In this document: in pieces, positions 1 to 12,559 of the stretch
Layout of the letters: each line of letters starts with the position of its first letter
How positions within the stretch are numbered: position 1 is the stretch's first letter
Source: an uncultured delta proteobacterium
Lineage (GTDB): Bacteria > Desulfobacterota > BSN033 > UBA1163
DNA length: 64,000 bases
Reading direction: 5' to 3'
Assembly: GCA_963708295.1 (NCBI GenBank)
Contig: CAVPSJ010000016.1
Coordinates: forward strand, 87,408-151,407
Notes under the pieces: generated by a model
The model's input: the letters and a program-made list of their open reading frames with translations, nothing else
What the model was told of the DNA's origin: nothing
Databases searched by the model: none
Translations under genes and position numbers: made by a program

Positions 1-90
1 ATTAGTTTCTGACCTCCGCCTCCATTAGGGTGAATATATGGTTATCGTATCATAGCTTTTTTGAGGTATCGAAGGGTGCGGATTTATAGC

Positions 91-248
91 GAGACTGTAG
101 GAAAAGTCCCTGAGCAGATTCTCGGGGAGATGCAGAAAAACATGACCACACAGAATGCGCCACAATCAACGATCTCACGATGATGAAGGATCATGAGACC
201 CCCCCCAAAACACCCGTTAACTCTACTGAAGGGTTTTTCGACAGTCTC
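91..248. mobile_element. 158-bp MITE with GAGACTGT terminal inverted repeats and AGC target duplication
   Basis: Left end GAGACTGTAGGAAAA (91), right end TTTTTCGACAGTCTC (248); AGC at 88-90 and 249-251. The first ~85 bp match 57570-57653 on the minus strand. Confidence 0.8.
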
Positions 249-314
249 AGCAGATAGTGAACCCTTTAGATCCTCCACGGGTGTTTTAAAGTTTGGTAGA
301 TCTCTGGCAAATGT

Positions 315-1609
315 TTACTTGAGGAACCACGATGCACGAATGATCGTTCCTTTTCCCTTGGTCGATTCGATGGCAAAAGAACCCCCCGAAAGCTCGATTC
401 GTTCCCTCATGCTCGTAAGACCTAATCCCCGCTTCGTGCTATCCGAATCGAGCACTTTTTTCAGATCGAAACCCCGACCATTGTCTTCGAGAACAAGTTC
501 AATTCTCCCGTCCATCTTTCGCAAAGACAAATGGACAACATCTGCTTTGCTGTGCTTGGCGATGTTGTTCGTCGCTTCCTGCAAGACTCTGAAGATTGCT
601 ATCTTCAAGGGATCAACCACTTCATCTTCTTGGATATCGATCTCCTGTCTGATACGGATATGCGCATACGTTGATTCAAATTGTCGGCAGAACCACTCGA
701 TGGTTGCCAAGATCCCAAGATCGTCCAGCATGGAAGGTCTTAGAGCCATCTGGATTCTTCGGGTTTCTTGAATTGTTTCCTGAAGGATGGGGATCATACT
801 CTCCACGGAGGCTCTTGTTGGGGATTGCTGTCTCCTACTTGCCCCAGTATATCTTCCACCTTGAATTTAGTGGCAGCCAGGGATGATCCGATACTGTCGT
901 GGATTTCCTGGGCAACCCGTCTTCTTTCTTTTTCCTGGGCAGTGAGGAGTTCCGTAGAGAGATGCCGAAGGTAACTTTCTGACTCCCGCAACTTATTTTC
1001 TATCTTTTGACGCTTATCAATCTCGGTCTTCAATTCTTCGTTAATTACCTCCAATTCCTGAGTTCGTTGATGAACACGAGTCTCCAACTCGTCACGGCAT
1101 TTTCTGAGTTCCTCCTCCATTTGCTTATGCCTGCTGATGTCGCGCACGACACTCACCACGAAGATGTCTTTCTCAATTTCCAACGGTCCAAGGGATATAT
1201 CTAAGGGAAACTCGCTTCCGTCCTTCCTTCTGCCATATAGTTCCAACCCCATACCCATAGGACGGACATGAGGTTTATCAAAATAACTCTGCCGATGTTC
1301 TATATGCCTTTGCCTGAAGCGTTCCGGCATTAAAATCTCAACCGGCTTGTCGAGCATTTCATCTCGCCCGTAACCGAAAAGTCTTTCCGCCTGTGCGTTA
1401 ACTTGAACGAGGTGTCCGTCACGGTTAACGACCACTATAGCATCGGGAGCAAATTCGAAGAGACCATGGTACATCGCCTTGGTTCTAACGAGTTCCTCGT
1501 AGGTCTTCTCGTGCTGATCCTTGATTTTTTCCAGCTCATTAATACGCTGACGCAATTTTATTAAATCGTTAATGAGCTGTTCCTTTGTCAGATCTTCGTA
1601 GGTTGCCAT
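315..1609 (-). CDS. PAS-domain sensor histidine kinase (HisKA_3 + HATPase_c), split by a frameshift near 810-820
   Basis: ORF 794-1609 has PAS (FEFAPDAIVVVN...RRKDGSEFP) and ERRRVAQEIHDSIG. ORF 315-806 has LRPSMLDDLG, QEATNNIAKHS, EDNGRGF, GLGLTSMRER. Confidence 0.9.
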
Positions 1610-2114
1610 TTGCCCTTTCTATATCTTGAGATATCGATTCGGGCCGTGGGTTTTCAATCCATGACCCTTCATTTTTAACCATTCGGGTCATTATAACCTG
1701 AATCCAGCGATAAAGAAAAAAAGGTACTTATTTAAAGTGAGCTATCGGCAGCATGGAGATGTCAAAGGAGAACTTCTGCTTTCACTCTGTGATTCCTTTA
1801 TTCACATGGGTATTTATAAGAAGAAACAAAAAAGGCAGCAATGAAGAATTCTAAGCGGTGAGTATCTTACCAATACAAATTGCCGGGGGAAAATAAGGCA
1901 ATACAAACCTCTGATCGTAGTGAATCGTTCTTACCCAAGGTACGGGATTTTTTAAAGAAAAATACATGCATCACCGTATTGATTCGTTTCGTAGAGGTGG
2001 TAGCTTGAAAATAGGCTCTAAAAGGCGTGAACTGTGAACCGAGGCTATTTTCAAAAGGGCAAAACCGCTGGAGCTGGATGGGGGCGTTCTTATGGAGAAA
2101 GAGAGAAGAAAAAA

Positions 2115-5100
2115 ATGAAAGAGAAAAAGGACCGGTCCTCATCCTCTGCGGCCCTTGCCAGAGGTTCACAGCCAAATTCACCTGTGAGAAGGACTCCCGG
2201 GACTGCGAAGATTAGCTCCAGAACGTCTCCTGCCAAACCCAAATCGAAGACAAACACCTCTTCAAAATCACCTGAGAAAGAGCTCCCGAAATCCAAATCG
2301 TTCATGATCGTTGGCATTGGCGCGTCTGCCGGTGGATTAGAGGCATTTGCTCAACTTCTCCGAAACCTCCCTGCCAATACCGGTATGGCCTTTGTGCTGG
2401 TCCAACATCTCGATCCGAAGCATGAGAGCGTGTTGACCGAACTTCTCTCCCGGAGAACGAATATCCCGGTCAACGAGGTAAAGGACGGGATGGCAGTGGA
2501 ACCCGACCGTGTCTACGTCATGCCGCCCAACACGGATATGACCATTTCAGACGGGGTCCTGGGCCTGAGGCCCCGCACCGAGGTGCGCGGGCATCATATG
2601 CCGATCGACCATTTTTTCCACTCCCTGGCGGAAGATCAAAAGGAGAATGCAATCGGGGTGATCCTGTCGGGAACGGCTTCGGATGGCGCGCTGGGACTCA
2701 GGGCAATCAAGGCAGAAGGAGGCATTACCTTTGCCCAGGACGAAAAATCGGCCAAATACGGCGGCATGCCGCATAGCGCCGTTGTGGCCGGTGCTGTCGA
2801 TTTAGTTCTGCCCCCGGAGGGGATTGCAAAGGAGCTGGTCAGAATCAGCCGTCATCCTTATCCCCGGGCCTATCTTCCGGGCAGAGCCGTGACACTGGCG
2901 AAGACTATAGAGGCAGAAGACTCCTTTCCCAAAAATGGGAATGATCTTGGCAAGATTCTCACCCTCCTTGAGTCCTCCAGCGGCGTGAATTTTACATATT
3001 ACAAGCCTTCGACGCTCAAACGGCGGATCCTGCGGCGCATGGCTATTTGCAAAATGAAAGACATGAAAGATTACAGCAAGCATCTTCAGGAAAACCCTGC
3101 TGAATTGGAAGCCCTGTACCATGACGTTCTGATCAATGTGACCGGCTTTTTCCGGGATCCTGAAACATTTGAAGCCCTGAAGGCAAAGGTCTTTCCCGAG
3201 ATCACAAAAAATCGAGGACCGCAGACGCCGATCCGGGTATGGGTGCCTGGATGTTCCACCGGCGAGGAGGCCTACTCGCTCGCCATCTCCCTGGTTGAGT
3301 TCCTGGGGAAAAAAGCCACGAATATCCCCATCCAGATCTTTGCCACGGATCTCAGTGACGAGGTCATCAATAAAGCCCGCTCCGGCAGATACCCGGAGAA
3401 CATTGCACAGGATCTCTCTCCGGAACGTCTGGAGCGCTTCTTTGTCAAGGTGGATGGCAGCTATCAGGTCAGCAAATCCATCCGGGAGATGTGCGTCTTT
3501 GCCAAGCATGACCTGACCCGGGACCCCCCTTTCTCGAATCTCGATCTCATCAGTTGCCGTAATGTGCTGATCTATATGGGGCCGGTTCTGCAGAAACGGG
3601 CCATGAGGGTTTTTCACTACGCCCTCAAACCGACCGGATTTCTCCTGCTTGGGAAGTCGGAGGCGATCGGCAGGTTCCCGGATCTCTTTGCCTCTGTGGA
3701 CAGAAAATATAGGATCTATTCCAAGAAGCCGAGCTCAACCCGGCTTGACCTCGACCTTCCCAGTGCGATGTCCGGCTTCAAGAAGACCGATATCAGCCGC
3801 GAAACGGGTGAGGCAGGATTCGATTTCAAGAAAGAGGCTGAGCGCATCCTCCTGTCGAAAGCCCCTGCCGGTGTCGTCGTCAATGACCGCCTGGAAATCC
3901 TTCACTTCCAGGGACAGACCGGCCTTTATCTTGAGCATTCACCGGGAGACGCGAGCTTTAACCTTCTAAAGATGGCCCGAGAGGGTATACGGCTGCCGCT
4001 GCGCACGGCGATCCACGAGGCGAAGAAGCAGGCTGCCCCTGTGAGGAATGAGGGTTTACAGGTCAAATTCAACGGTCAATTCAGAGAGGTAAATCTGGAG
4101 GTCATCCCGCTCAAGGCCCCTCACCCGGGTGAAGGCTACTATCTGATCCTGTTTGAGGATCGCACCGCCCGCCCTACGCGTGAGCCCGGGACAAGAGCAC
4201 TCCCTCATGCGAGAGGCAAGGTAAGGCCGGGACAGGCAAAGAGGAGGAGAAGAAAATGCCGAAGTCGCCCGATTGGAAGAGGAGCTTGAGGCAACGAAGA
4301 AACATCTCCAGTCGATTATTGAGGAGTCCGATACCCTGAACGAGGAGATGAGGGCTGCCAATGAGGAGGTTCTGTCGAGCAACGAGGAGCTCCAAAGCCT
4401 CAACGAGGAACTGGAAACATCCAAAGAAGAACTTGAGTCGGCCAATGAGGAGCTGACGACGCTCAACGATGAGCTGCAAAACCGGAATATGGCACTGGAC
4501 CAGCTCAATAACGACATGATCAATCTGCTTACGAGCGTCAATCTCCCTGTCATCATGTTAGGAAGCGATCTTCGCATCCGACGTTTCACCCCGGTTGCAG
4601 AGAAATTGCTCAACATAGCGGCTACCGATGTAGGGCGTTCCATCCTTCACATCCGGCTCGGTATGAACGTCCCCGACTTGGAGACATCGATTCTGGAGGT
4701 CGTTAACACAGGCGCCACCAAAGAAGAAGAGGTTCAGGACCGGGAGGGTGTCTGGTATTCCATGCGGATAAGGCCCTACAGGACTCTGGAAAACAGGATT
4801 GACGGTGCCGTTCTGACATGGGTTGATATCAATGCGCTCAAACGGAGCCTGGAGCAGATAAAAGAGTCGCGTGATTACGCTGAAGCGATCGTGGAGACGG
4901 TTCGGGAACCTCTCATCGTCCTGGACGGGGACCTGCGTGTGAAGACGGCGAACCGCTCTTTTTACCAGATATTCCAGACCTCGCCCGAGGAGACAGAAGG
5001 CCGTCTGATTTACGAACTCGGCAACCGGCAGTGGGAAATGCCGGAACTCAGAAAACTGCTGGAGGAGATTCTCCCCAAGAACACTTCATTCAAGGACTTT

Positions 5101-5934
5101 GAGGTTGAACATGATTTTCCTGCGATCGGGCGCAGGATCATGCTGCTTAATGCCAGACGCATCGCTCAAAGGGGCAACGGGACGCAGATGATCCTTCTTG
5201 CCATGGAGGATGTCACAGAGCGTAAGCAGATGGAGAAAATATTGAGGGATTCTTTAGAGGATTCCCGGCATGTCTCCTCCCGGGCTCTGGAAGTACATGA
5301 AAGAGAAAGAAAACGGGTGGCCCATGACATCCACGACGGCATCGGGCAATCTTTGCTAACTGCCAAAATGAAGGTACACGATGCTCTGCAACAGGCCTTC
5401 GGATCCAACTCCGAACCAGGATCCAGGATCTCTGAAACCATCGACGCAATTCTTCAAGAAAACATCGCCGAAATCCGAAGGCTCTACATGGGACTGCGAC
5501 CCGCCACCCTCGATGATCTGGGTATTCTGCCGACCATTACGTGGTTCTGCCGGGAGTTCCAGAGCACTTATCCCGGCATTCGCCTCGAAACAGAAATCGA
5601 GATAGAAGAAGAAAAAGTCCATCCTCTTCTAAAAACAACAATCTACAGAGTCATGCAGGAAGCATTGAAAAACGTTGCAGAGCACAGCAAGGCAGATCTT
5701 GTCCATCTTTCATTGAGCAATATCGGCGATAAGGTCCAATTGATTATTAAGGATAACGGTCAGGGCTTCAATGTCGAGGAAGTCCTTTCTGCCGAAAGTC
5801 CCAAAAGGGGATTCGGCCTTACCAGCATGAGAGAGAGGACTGAGATTTCGGGTGGAGTTTTTGCCGTTGAGTCGGTCAAAGGGAAAGGGACTACCATCAC
5901 GGCTTCATGGAAAGCCACAACTGCGCCGCAATAG
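2115..5934 (+). CDS. CheB methylesterase-CheR methyltransferase-PAS-HisKA_3 kinase fusion, frameshift near 4250
   Basis: IVGIGASAGGLEA (CheB); NVTGFFRDP, RVWVPGCSTGEEAYS and DLISCRNVLIY (CheR); EELQSLNEELETSKEELES coiled coil; PAS domains; ERKRVAHDIHDGIG kinase. Joins ORFs 2034-4289 and 4273-5934. Confidence 0.9.
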
Positions 5935-6320
5935 CCGAGATCATTCTACCCCTATGATGATCTGGGCGTCCAAGGAGTCTAATGGGATCTGCTACCACCA
6001 AATGGTCCAAAGCAGAACCGATCCGTCCAAATACCCCTGCGGTTCGCAATCTGATTCATCAATACCATGAGGGCAGTCATCATCCGTACGGTTCTTTCAC
6101 AAATTTCGTGGGTGACACACGCTCTTACCCATAGTCACCTTTGCAATATTATTGAGAACTGGATAGCAGAATCTTCAAAGGAACCGTCATAGAGTTTTGG
6201 CGATAGATCGCCCGGCGCTGCCATTATCTTTGTGTTTTAGCCGGCCCAGTACACCCACCTGCCTCCTGTATAGTCTTTTATCCAAGGGTGTGGTTTATTG
6301 AACTGGCAAGGTTAACTTCT

Positions 6321-7629
6321 TCAGCGGTTCTCTTTTCGCTGGCGAAAGAGTACGTGTTCGAGGAGCAGGGAAAAGAGGATGCCCATCACCAGGCTATTTC
6401 CGACCAGGGACGCGATGACGTTCGGAAAGAGCTGAAAGAATGGCTTGGGGATGATGGAAATCATCGCCCCCATGAGGATTGGAATCCCTACGGTGAAATA
6501 GTCCCTCCGTTCGATCGCTCCCTTTCCCCGAGAGCATCACATTAATACCCACCAGGAGCTGAGAGGAGAGAGCAACGAAAAGGACGGAACCGATCACGGA
6601 AGGTGGAATTGCGGTAAGAACGGCCCATAGCTTGGGAATAAAAGCACAGACGATCATGATTGCTCCGCTCATGGTGAGCACATAACGACTGGCCACTCGC
6701 GTCACCAGGACGATTCCCGGACTGATGGAAAGGCTCACGAGGCCTGCGACTCCCAAAATTCCTGCGATCACCCCCCCGACACCGTTCATGCCGATGCCTC
6801 GATGGATCCGATCTTCCAGACCTTCTGTTCCGACCACTTCGGAGATTCCCTGGATACTTCCCAACGAGTTTGCCGTAACCGCCAAATAGGTGCAGACGAT
6901 GGCCAGGATTGCCGGTAAGGAGAAGCTTGGCCATACTCCTAAGAAAGGCGACGGCAGGGCGAACCAGCTTGACTGGCCGATCAGACTAAATGAAATTCTT
7001 CCCTGAAGAAGAAAAAGGACCAGGCCGAATAAGATCCCGGCCAGCATGGAGGTGGTTTGCAGGAATCCTCGTAACCGGTGGGACATGAAGGCAACGAGGA
7101 GGATGATGAGAAGAGAAATTCCAAAAACACTCAGCTCTCCATTGGGAGAAGCCTTGTTGATGCCGATGAGCAAGGGGGAGATGAAAGAGAGCAGGGTGAG
7201 CGCCACCAGGATTAAGATCACCCCCACCACATGAGGCGTAAAGAGAGACGAAAGCCATTTAAGCCATTTAAATACTCCGATGAGTATCAGAAAAAGGCCT
7301 CCGAAAATCATCCCGCCCTCGATCACAGGAAGCCCGCCTTGAGGAGCCAAAACCAAAAACGTTACCAAAATGGCCGAGGAGGGTCCTTCCAGCACAGGGT
7401 ACCGGTGACCGATCAAGCTCTGAAGCATGGTCATCAGACCTGCAGCGATCAGCAGACGTTGCGAGAAGCTGATCTGGCCTGCGGGATCAAGCCCCAGGGC
7501 CACCCCGCAGAGGGTAGAGAAAAAGACCACCGTTGGAATGGACGTCATGACCCATTGAAGGCCATAAATTAGATTCTTATGGAAAGGCGGCCTTTCATTC
7601 AATTGATAAAGGAAGGTTTCTTGTCCCAA
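6321..7629 (-). CDS. NCS2 (xanthine/uracil/ascorbate) family permease, frameshift near 6520
   Basis: Multi-TM protein with YGLQW, GHRYPVLEGPS and TRVASRY motifs. The C-terminus continues in another frame to a TGA at 6321. Confidence 0.85.
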
Positions 7630-7943
7630 CGGTCCTTCACCTCTCAGATTAGACGAGTAATGGGCCCCACTGCCCTGCAGCGGGGAGCTTGACAGCTACG
7701 TCCGTAGCTTTTCCAGCACATCTCGGGCGTTAGTAGACTTGTCTCTAAACGGGGCATAACACGGGCAAATAGGTTTCTACTTTTTTCTGCTCAGTATGGA
7801 AAAGAGAATAGCATGGGGCCACTCTTCGTGCAATTACGAAATTTGCACTTCACCTCGATGGGGGTGTTGAAGAGTAAGGATTTGACCTTCTCATTCGTAC
7901 GTTCCGGCGAGGAAAAGCTTGGGGAGTAAGCACCACTTTGTCA

Positions 7944-7972
7944 TTGACAAATCGTTTTAATTTGTTTTAATT
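7944..7972 (+). promoter_or_regulatory. Putative sigma70 promoter of the TTT operon, with a GTTTTAATT direct repeat
   Basis: TTGACA at 7944-7949, TG-n-TTTAAT ending at 7971. Conserved in the duplicate copy near 62095-62134 (minus strand). Confidence 0.6.
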
Positions 7973-8125
7973 GATTCAAGGTCAAGGCCAACGATAAAAT
8001 CTCAGAATGGCTTGGGCTAGAGTGCCGTTTGGGTTGATGGCTCCCAAGACAACTCCTCGATGGAGTTGTTCAGGGCGTGTCGTTAAAGTGCGATTCTTGA
8101 AAGAAGATCAAAGGAGGATAAGAAA

Positions 8126-9139
8126 ATGACGAAATGCTTTTTCAGCTCATCAGAAAAGTGGTCTTGTGTCTTCTGGGTATGTTCGTCATGGTTGCTTTCA
8201 GCCGCCACTGCCTTTTCGCAGGATTATCCCACCAAAGCAATCACCGCAGTGGTGGGAATGGAGCCCGGAGGTATCGTGGACGTCGCCACCCGTGTCCTCG
8301 TGGATGACGCAAAAAAGGTGATCGGCCAGGATATCCTCGTGGAAAACAAACCCGGTGCGAGCCACATGGTTGCAGGAAGTTATGTCATTTCCTCCAAACC
8401 GGACGGATATACTCTCTGGAGTTCCACGGATGCACCCTTTGTCCGGATGCCCCACATGATGAAACTGAAATTCGATCCCATCGCGGAAACGACTCCGATC
8501 ATCTTTTACGGGGTCTTTACCCATTTCATCCTTGTCCCGGCAGAGAGCCCGTTCAAAACCCTCAAGGATCTGCTGACGTTTGCCAAGGAAAACCCCGGCA
8601 AGCTGACCTTCGGCAATCCGGGTTTCGGCATGGTTCCCCACATGGCCATGGCAGGGATGGAAATCGAAACAGGCCTGAAGGTTTCCCATGTTCCTTTCGC
8701 GGGTGAGGCAAAGGAGATCGCGGCCCTGCTCGGAGGCCACCTGATGGCCGCAGGGATTGCGATTGAATCCTCCATCTCGCAGGTGAAGGCGGGAAAGCTC
8801 AGGGCCCTCGGAATTCTTCAAGGGGAAGAACGCGTCTCGGCATTCCCTGACATACCTACTCTGAAAGAGGCCGCCAAAGAGTTCGGGATGAAGACGGCCG
8901 TAAGTTACCCCGGTTTGATGGTGTCCGGACCAAAAGGTCTGCCCGAGCCCATCGTGAAGAAGCTTGTCACGGCTTTCGACACCGCCCGAAAGTCAGCCGC
9001 GTTCCAGAAGTATGCGAAGGAAACTTATATCTTCCAGGATAAGATGCCCGTGACCGGAGAGGCCCTCCGGAACCAACTGAATCGTGGATATAAAGAGACC
9101 GGCGACCTGGTCCAGAAACTCGGAATCCAGAAGAAGTAG
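8126..9139 (+). CDS. Tripartite tricarboxylate transporter substrate-binding protein (TctC/Bug)
   Basis: QDYPTKAIT, ENKPGAS, KPDGYTL, HVPFAG, PDIPTLKE; N-terminal signal peptide. Confidence 0.9.
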   Translation: MTKCFFSSSEKWSCVFWVCSSWLLSAATAFSQDYPTKAITAVVGMEPGGIVDVATRVLVDDAKKVIGQDILVENKPGASHMVAGSYVISSKPDGYTLWSSTDAPFVRMPHMMKLKFDPIAETTPIIFYGVFTHFILVPAESPFKTLKDLLTFAKENPGKLTFGNPGFGMVPHMAMAGMEIETGLKVSHVPFAGEAKEIAALLGGHLMAAGIAIESSISQVKAGKLRALGILQGEERVSAFPDIPTLKEAAKEFGMKTAVSYPGLMVSGPKGLPEPIVKKLVTAFDTARKSAAFQKYAKETYIFQDKMPVTGEALRNQLNRGYKETGDLVQKLGIQKK

Positions 9140-9164
9140 GGAACGGTTTGAAACCGTTCCCTGC
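9136..9164. repeat. GTAG-type REP hairpin (copies at 9136, 12723, 18616, 29753)
   Basis: GTAGGGAACGGTTT-G-AAACCGTTCCCTGC; related palindromes at 12723-12750, 18616-18643 and 29753-29781. Confidence 0.8.
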
Positions 9165-9684
9165 AGGTTTTCCACGGGGGCTTTGGAAAGGAAACATCGC
9201 TTTGCAAAGTGGAAAAGGATGGATTGCAAAACAAAATGCGGATTTCTGGACGGGTCTTTTTCTGATGATCTTTTCCGGTGCGGTCATCAGTGAAGCGATC
9301 CAGCTCGAGATAGGAACACCCAAAAGTCCAGGGTCAGGGTTTATGATTTTCGGAGCGGCGGGAGTTCTCGGACTCCTGGCGCTCCGTCAATTTATTAAAT
9401 CGCTCCATTTCCAGGGACGAGAAGCAAGACAGGCTTCGGGAGCGATGCGTTGGAGACGGGTCGTTTTGGTGATATTGGCGAATATTATCTATATTTTTCT
9501 TTTACAGCCTTTGGGCTACCTTCTCTGTACGTTTCTCCTCTTATGCTTTCTGTTCCAGGCTCACGAAAAGGGAAGATGGGTCTCGGCTGTGGGAGGAGCA
9601 GCCTTGACCTCCTTTTTGTCGTATCTCGTCTTCTCCCGGATGTTGCAACTACATCTTCCCAGGGGGTTGTTCCCTTTCTTTTGA
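9148..9684 (+). CDS. TctB family small membrane subunit (true start probably ~9220)
   Basis: GTPKSPGSGF, LGYLLCTF and LQLHLPRG motifs; lies between TctC and TctA. Confidence 0.8.
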   Translation: MKPFPAGFPRGLWKGNIALQSGKGWIAKQNADFWTGLFLMIFSGAVISEAIQLEIGTPKSPGSGFMIFGAAGVLGLLALRQFIKSLHFQGREARQASGAMRWRRVVLVILANIIYIFLLQPLGYLLCTFLLLCFLFQAHEKGRWVSAVGGAALTSFLSYLVFSRMLQLHLPRGLFPFF

Positions 9685-9775
9685 AGGGAAAGGGCACCGC
9701 CCACACGAACGCTCACTTCCTCTCTTTGAGACGGGCTTTCTCTTTTTCACCGACAGTGGTTTTTAGGAAAGATGG

Positions 9776-11285
9776 ATGACTTGGTCAGATATCTTTAGCG
9801 GTTTCCAGGTTGCGACCCTTCCGATGAACCTCGTTTTCTGCTTCTTGGGGGTCCTACTCGGAACACTGGTCGGCGTCCTCCCGGGGATCGGACCGGCCGG
9901 CGCGATGGCACTTCTCCTCCCGATCAGCTTAAAGATTACGCCCCTGGGCACGATCATTATGCTTGCGGGGATTTATTATGGTTCGATGTATGGCGGATCG
10001 ACCACCTCGATCCTGGTCTCCATCCCCGGAGAACCGGCAAGCGTCATGACGTGTGTGGACGGTTACCAGATGGCCCTCCAGGGGAGAGCGGGGCCGGCAT
10101 TGGGGATCTCCGCCTTTGGTTCCTTTATCGCCGGGACGTTCAGTGTGATTGCCCTGATGATTCTTGCAGGTCCCCTCGCCAAAGCGGCGCTGAAATTCGG
10201 GCCGCCGGAATTCTTTTCACTCGTCCTGATGGGACTGACCTTGGTGACCTACCTTTCCCAGAAGTCTGCCGCGAAGGCGTTCATGTCTGCCCTGATCGGA
10301 ATGCTTCTTTCGTGGGTGGGATTGGACATGATCAATGGAACAACGCGGTTTACCTTCGGAATGATCGAGCTCAATGACGGAATTGGCGTCATCCCTCTCG
10401 TCATGGGACTTTTCGGGATTTCAGAGGTTTTCATGGAACTCGAAAAAAATGAGAGGGTCGACCTCGTCAAGGCGAAGATCAAGAATCTCCTGCCCACCCG
10501 CGAGGATTGGCAGCAGAGCAAATGGCCGATTCTCCGGGGATCCGTGCTTGGGTTCTTTTTGGGAATCATTCCCGGGAGGCGGAGGCATCATCGCAAACTT
10601 CATGTCCTATATCATGGAAAAACGCCTCTCCAAACACCCGGAGCGCTTCGGGAAGGGGGAAATTGCGGGTGTGGCAGGCCCGGAATCGGCGAACAATGCT
10701 GCGGCGGGAGGAGCCTTCATTCCCCTTCTTTCCCTTGGAATTCCCATGAACGCAACCGTTGCCCTCTTATTTGCAGCCCTCTTGATCCACGGAGTCAGGC
10801 CGGGACCTCTCCTCATTTCAGAGCATCCTGAGATTTTCTGGGGGATCGTGGCTTCCATGTACATCGGAAATGTCATGCTTCTTGTCTTAAACCTTCCCCT
10901 GATAGGGGTCTGGGTCAAGGTGCTCAAGATTCCTTACCGAATTATTTTTCCATTAATTCTTCTTTTTTGCATCATCGGCGCCTATGCGATCAGCCTGTCG
11001 ACGCTCGATTTGAAATTGATGTTTGGCTTCGGAATCCTGGGCTATTTGATGCGAAAGTTTGATTTCGATCCCGCTCCGCTTTGTCTGGCGTTTATCCTGG
11101 GACCTCTCATGGAGGTTTCGATGCGTCAGGCATTGCTCCTGTCGCAGGGAGACTTTTCCGTCTTTTTCACCCGGCCGATTTCAGCCATCTGCCTGGGGAT
11201 TGCAGCGATCCTGCTTTTGACGAATCTGATTCCTTTCATGAAAAAGCGCCGCCGGAAGCTTGAGGAGATTCAGGTCAAAGAGTGA
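9776..11285 (+). CDS. TctA family permease, frameshift near 10575
   Basis: GVLPGIG, YGSMYGGS, PGEPASV, GPESANNAA and LSLGIP. Joins ORFs 9776-10831 and 10374-11285. Confidence 0.9.
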
Positions 11286-11365
11286 CGTCCAAGAACGGGT
11301 TTCGTTTTTTTATAGGACATGCTGAGCACATTCCAAAAGTCCCAAAACGGGAAAGGAGATAACCG

Positions 11366-12559
11366 ATGCCGGATCTGTTGAAGGAGAGAGTGATTCGTCC
11401 TATTTCGACGCAGGAGCTTGAGAGGAGATGGAAGGCGGTTCGGGAGGTGATGAAGGCAAAGAAGGTCGACTTCTTACTCATTCAAAACAATAACGATTAT
11501 CTGGGAGGCTATGTCAAATGGTTTACGGACATGCCGGCGGTCCACGCCTATTCCAGTGCGGTGATCTTCCCCGTGGCCGACGAGATGACTTTCTTTTCCC
11601 ACGGGCCGAATGATCCCAAGCATGTTGGTCCTGCCCCGTGGCTTTTGAGGGGCGTGAAGAAGCGGATCTGCACACCAGGCCTGCCCTCGTTGAACTACAC
11701 CTGCATGTTCGAGGGTGAAAAGGTGGTGGAGGAACTCAAAGGCCACAAGAAGATCCGCGTCTCTTTCGTGAATGAGGGCGCGATGGTCGCCGGGTTCTCC
11801 AGATATATTCGGGAGCATTTGACAGGGGCGACGTTTACTGACATGACGGATGAGATCGATGAGATCAAGGCGATCAAAAGCCCCGAAGAGGTCGAATGCA
11901 TAAAATACAGTGCCTATCTCCATGATCAAGCCATGAAGGCTTGTTTTGAGGCGATCAAGCCGGGAGCGAGGGAGTTCGAGGTCGCTGCCATGGGGAGATT
12001 GAAATGCAGGATGCTCGGCAGCGAACAGCAGTTTATCCTCATCGGCTCCGCACCGGCAGGCAATGCGTTCGGCTACAATCACATCCATGCGATGAATCGT
12101 GCATTACAGGAAGGGGACCAGGTCGGGATCCTTGTAGAGGCAACAGACCCCGCCGGGTATTACACTCATTTACACCGGATTGCCTGCATCGGCAAAATCC
12201 CGGAAGACCTTCAGAGGCAGTTTGAGGATGAGAAAGAGCTTCAGGCCCTCAATCTGAAGATGCTCAAACCGGGGGTCGATCCGATGGAGATGTGGAATGC
12301 GAATAATGAATTTTTGAGGAGCCACGGATACCCGGAAGAGACCAGGCTCTATGCCCACGGGCAGGGATACGATCTGGTGGAAAGGCCCTCTTTCCAGATC
12401 GGTGAAACGATGAAGATCAGGGAAGGGATGAACATTGCGGTTCATCCTGTGGTGGCCACGCCGAAGGCAACGGCGATTCTGTGCGATAATTATATGGTGA
12501 CCAAGACAGGTGTGAGCGAGTGCCTGCATAAGACGCCCAAAGAGATTTTTGTTGTATAG
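11366..12559 (+). CDS. M24/creatinase-fold hydrolase
   Basis: KAIKSPEE, PGAREFEV and HGQGYDLVERP; creatinase-like N-terminal domain. Confidence 0.85.
   Translation: MPDLLKERVIRPISTQELERRWKAVREVMKAKKVDFLLIQNNNDYLGGYVKWFTDMPAVHAYSSAVIFPVADEMTFFSHGPNDPKHVGPAPWLLRGVKKRICTPGLPSLNYTCMFEGEKVVEELKGHKKIRVSFVNEGAMVAGFSRYIREHLTGATFTDMTDEIDEIKAIKSPEEVECIKYSAYLHDQAMKACFEAIKPGAREFEVAAMGRLKCRMLGSEQQFILIGSAPAGNAFGYNHIHAMNRALQEGDQVGILVEATDPAGYYTHLHRIACIGKIPEDLQRQFEDEKELQALNLKMLKPGVDPMEMWNANNEFLRSHGYPEETRLYAHGQGYDLVERPSFQIGETMKIREGMNIAVHPVVATPKATAILCDNYMVTKTGVSECLHKTPKEIFVV

Noticed and set aside
7630-7860. Purine or other riboswitch upstream of the NCS2 permease
   Set aside because: No recognisable aptamer; the structured part is absent from the duplicate copy and looks like an inserted repeat.
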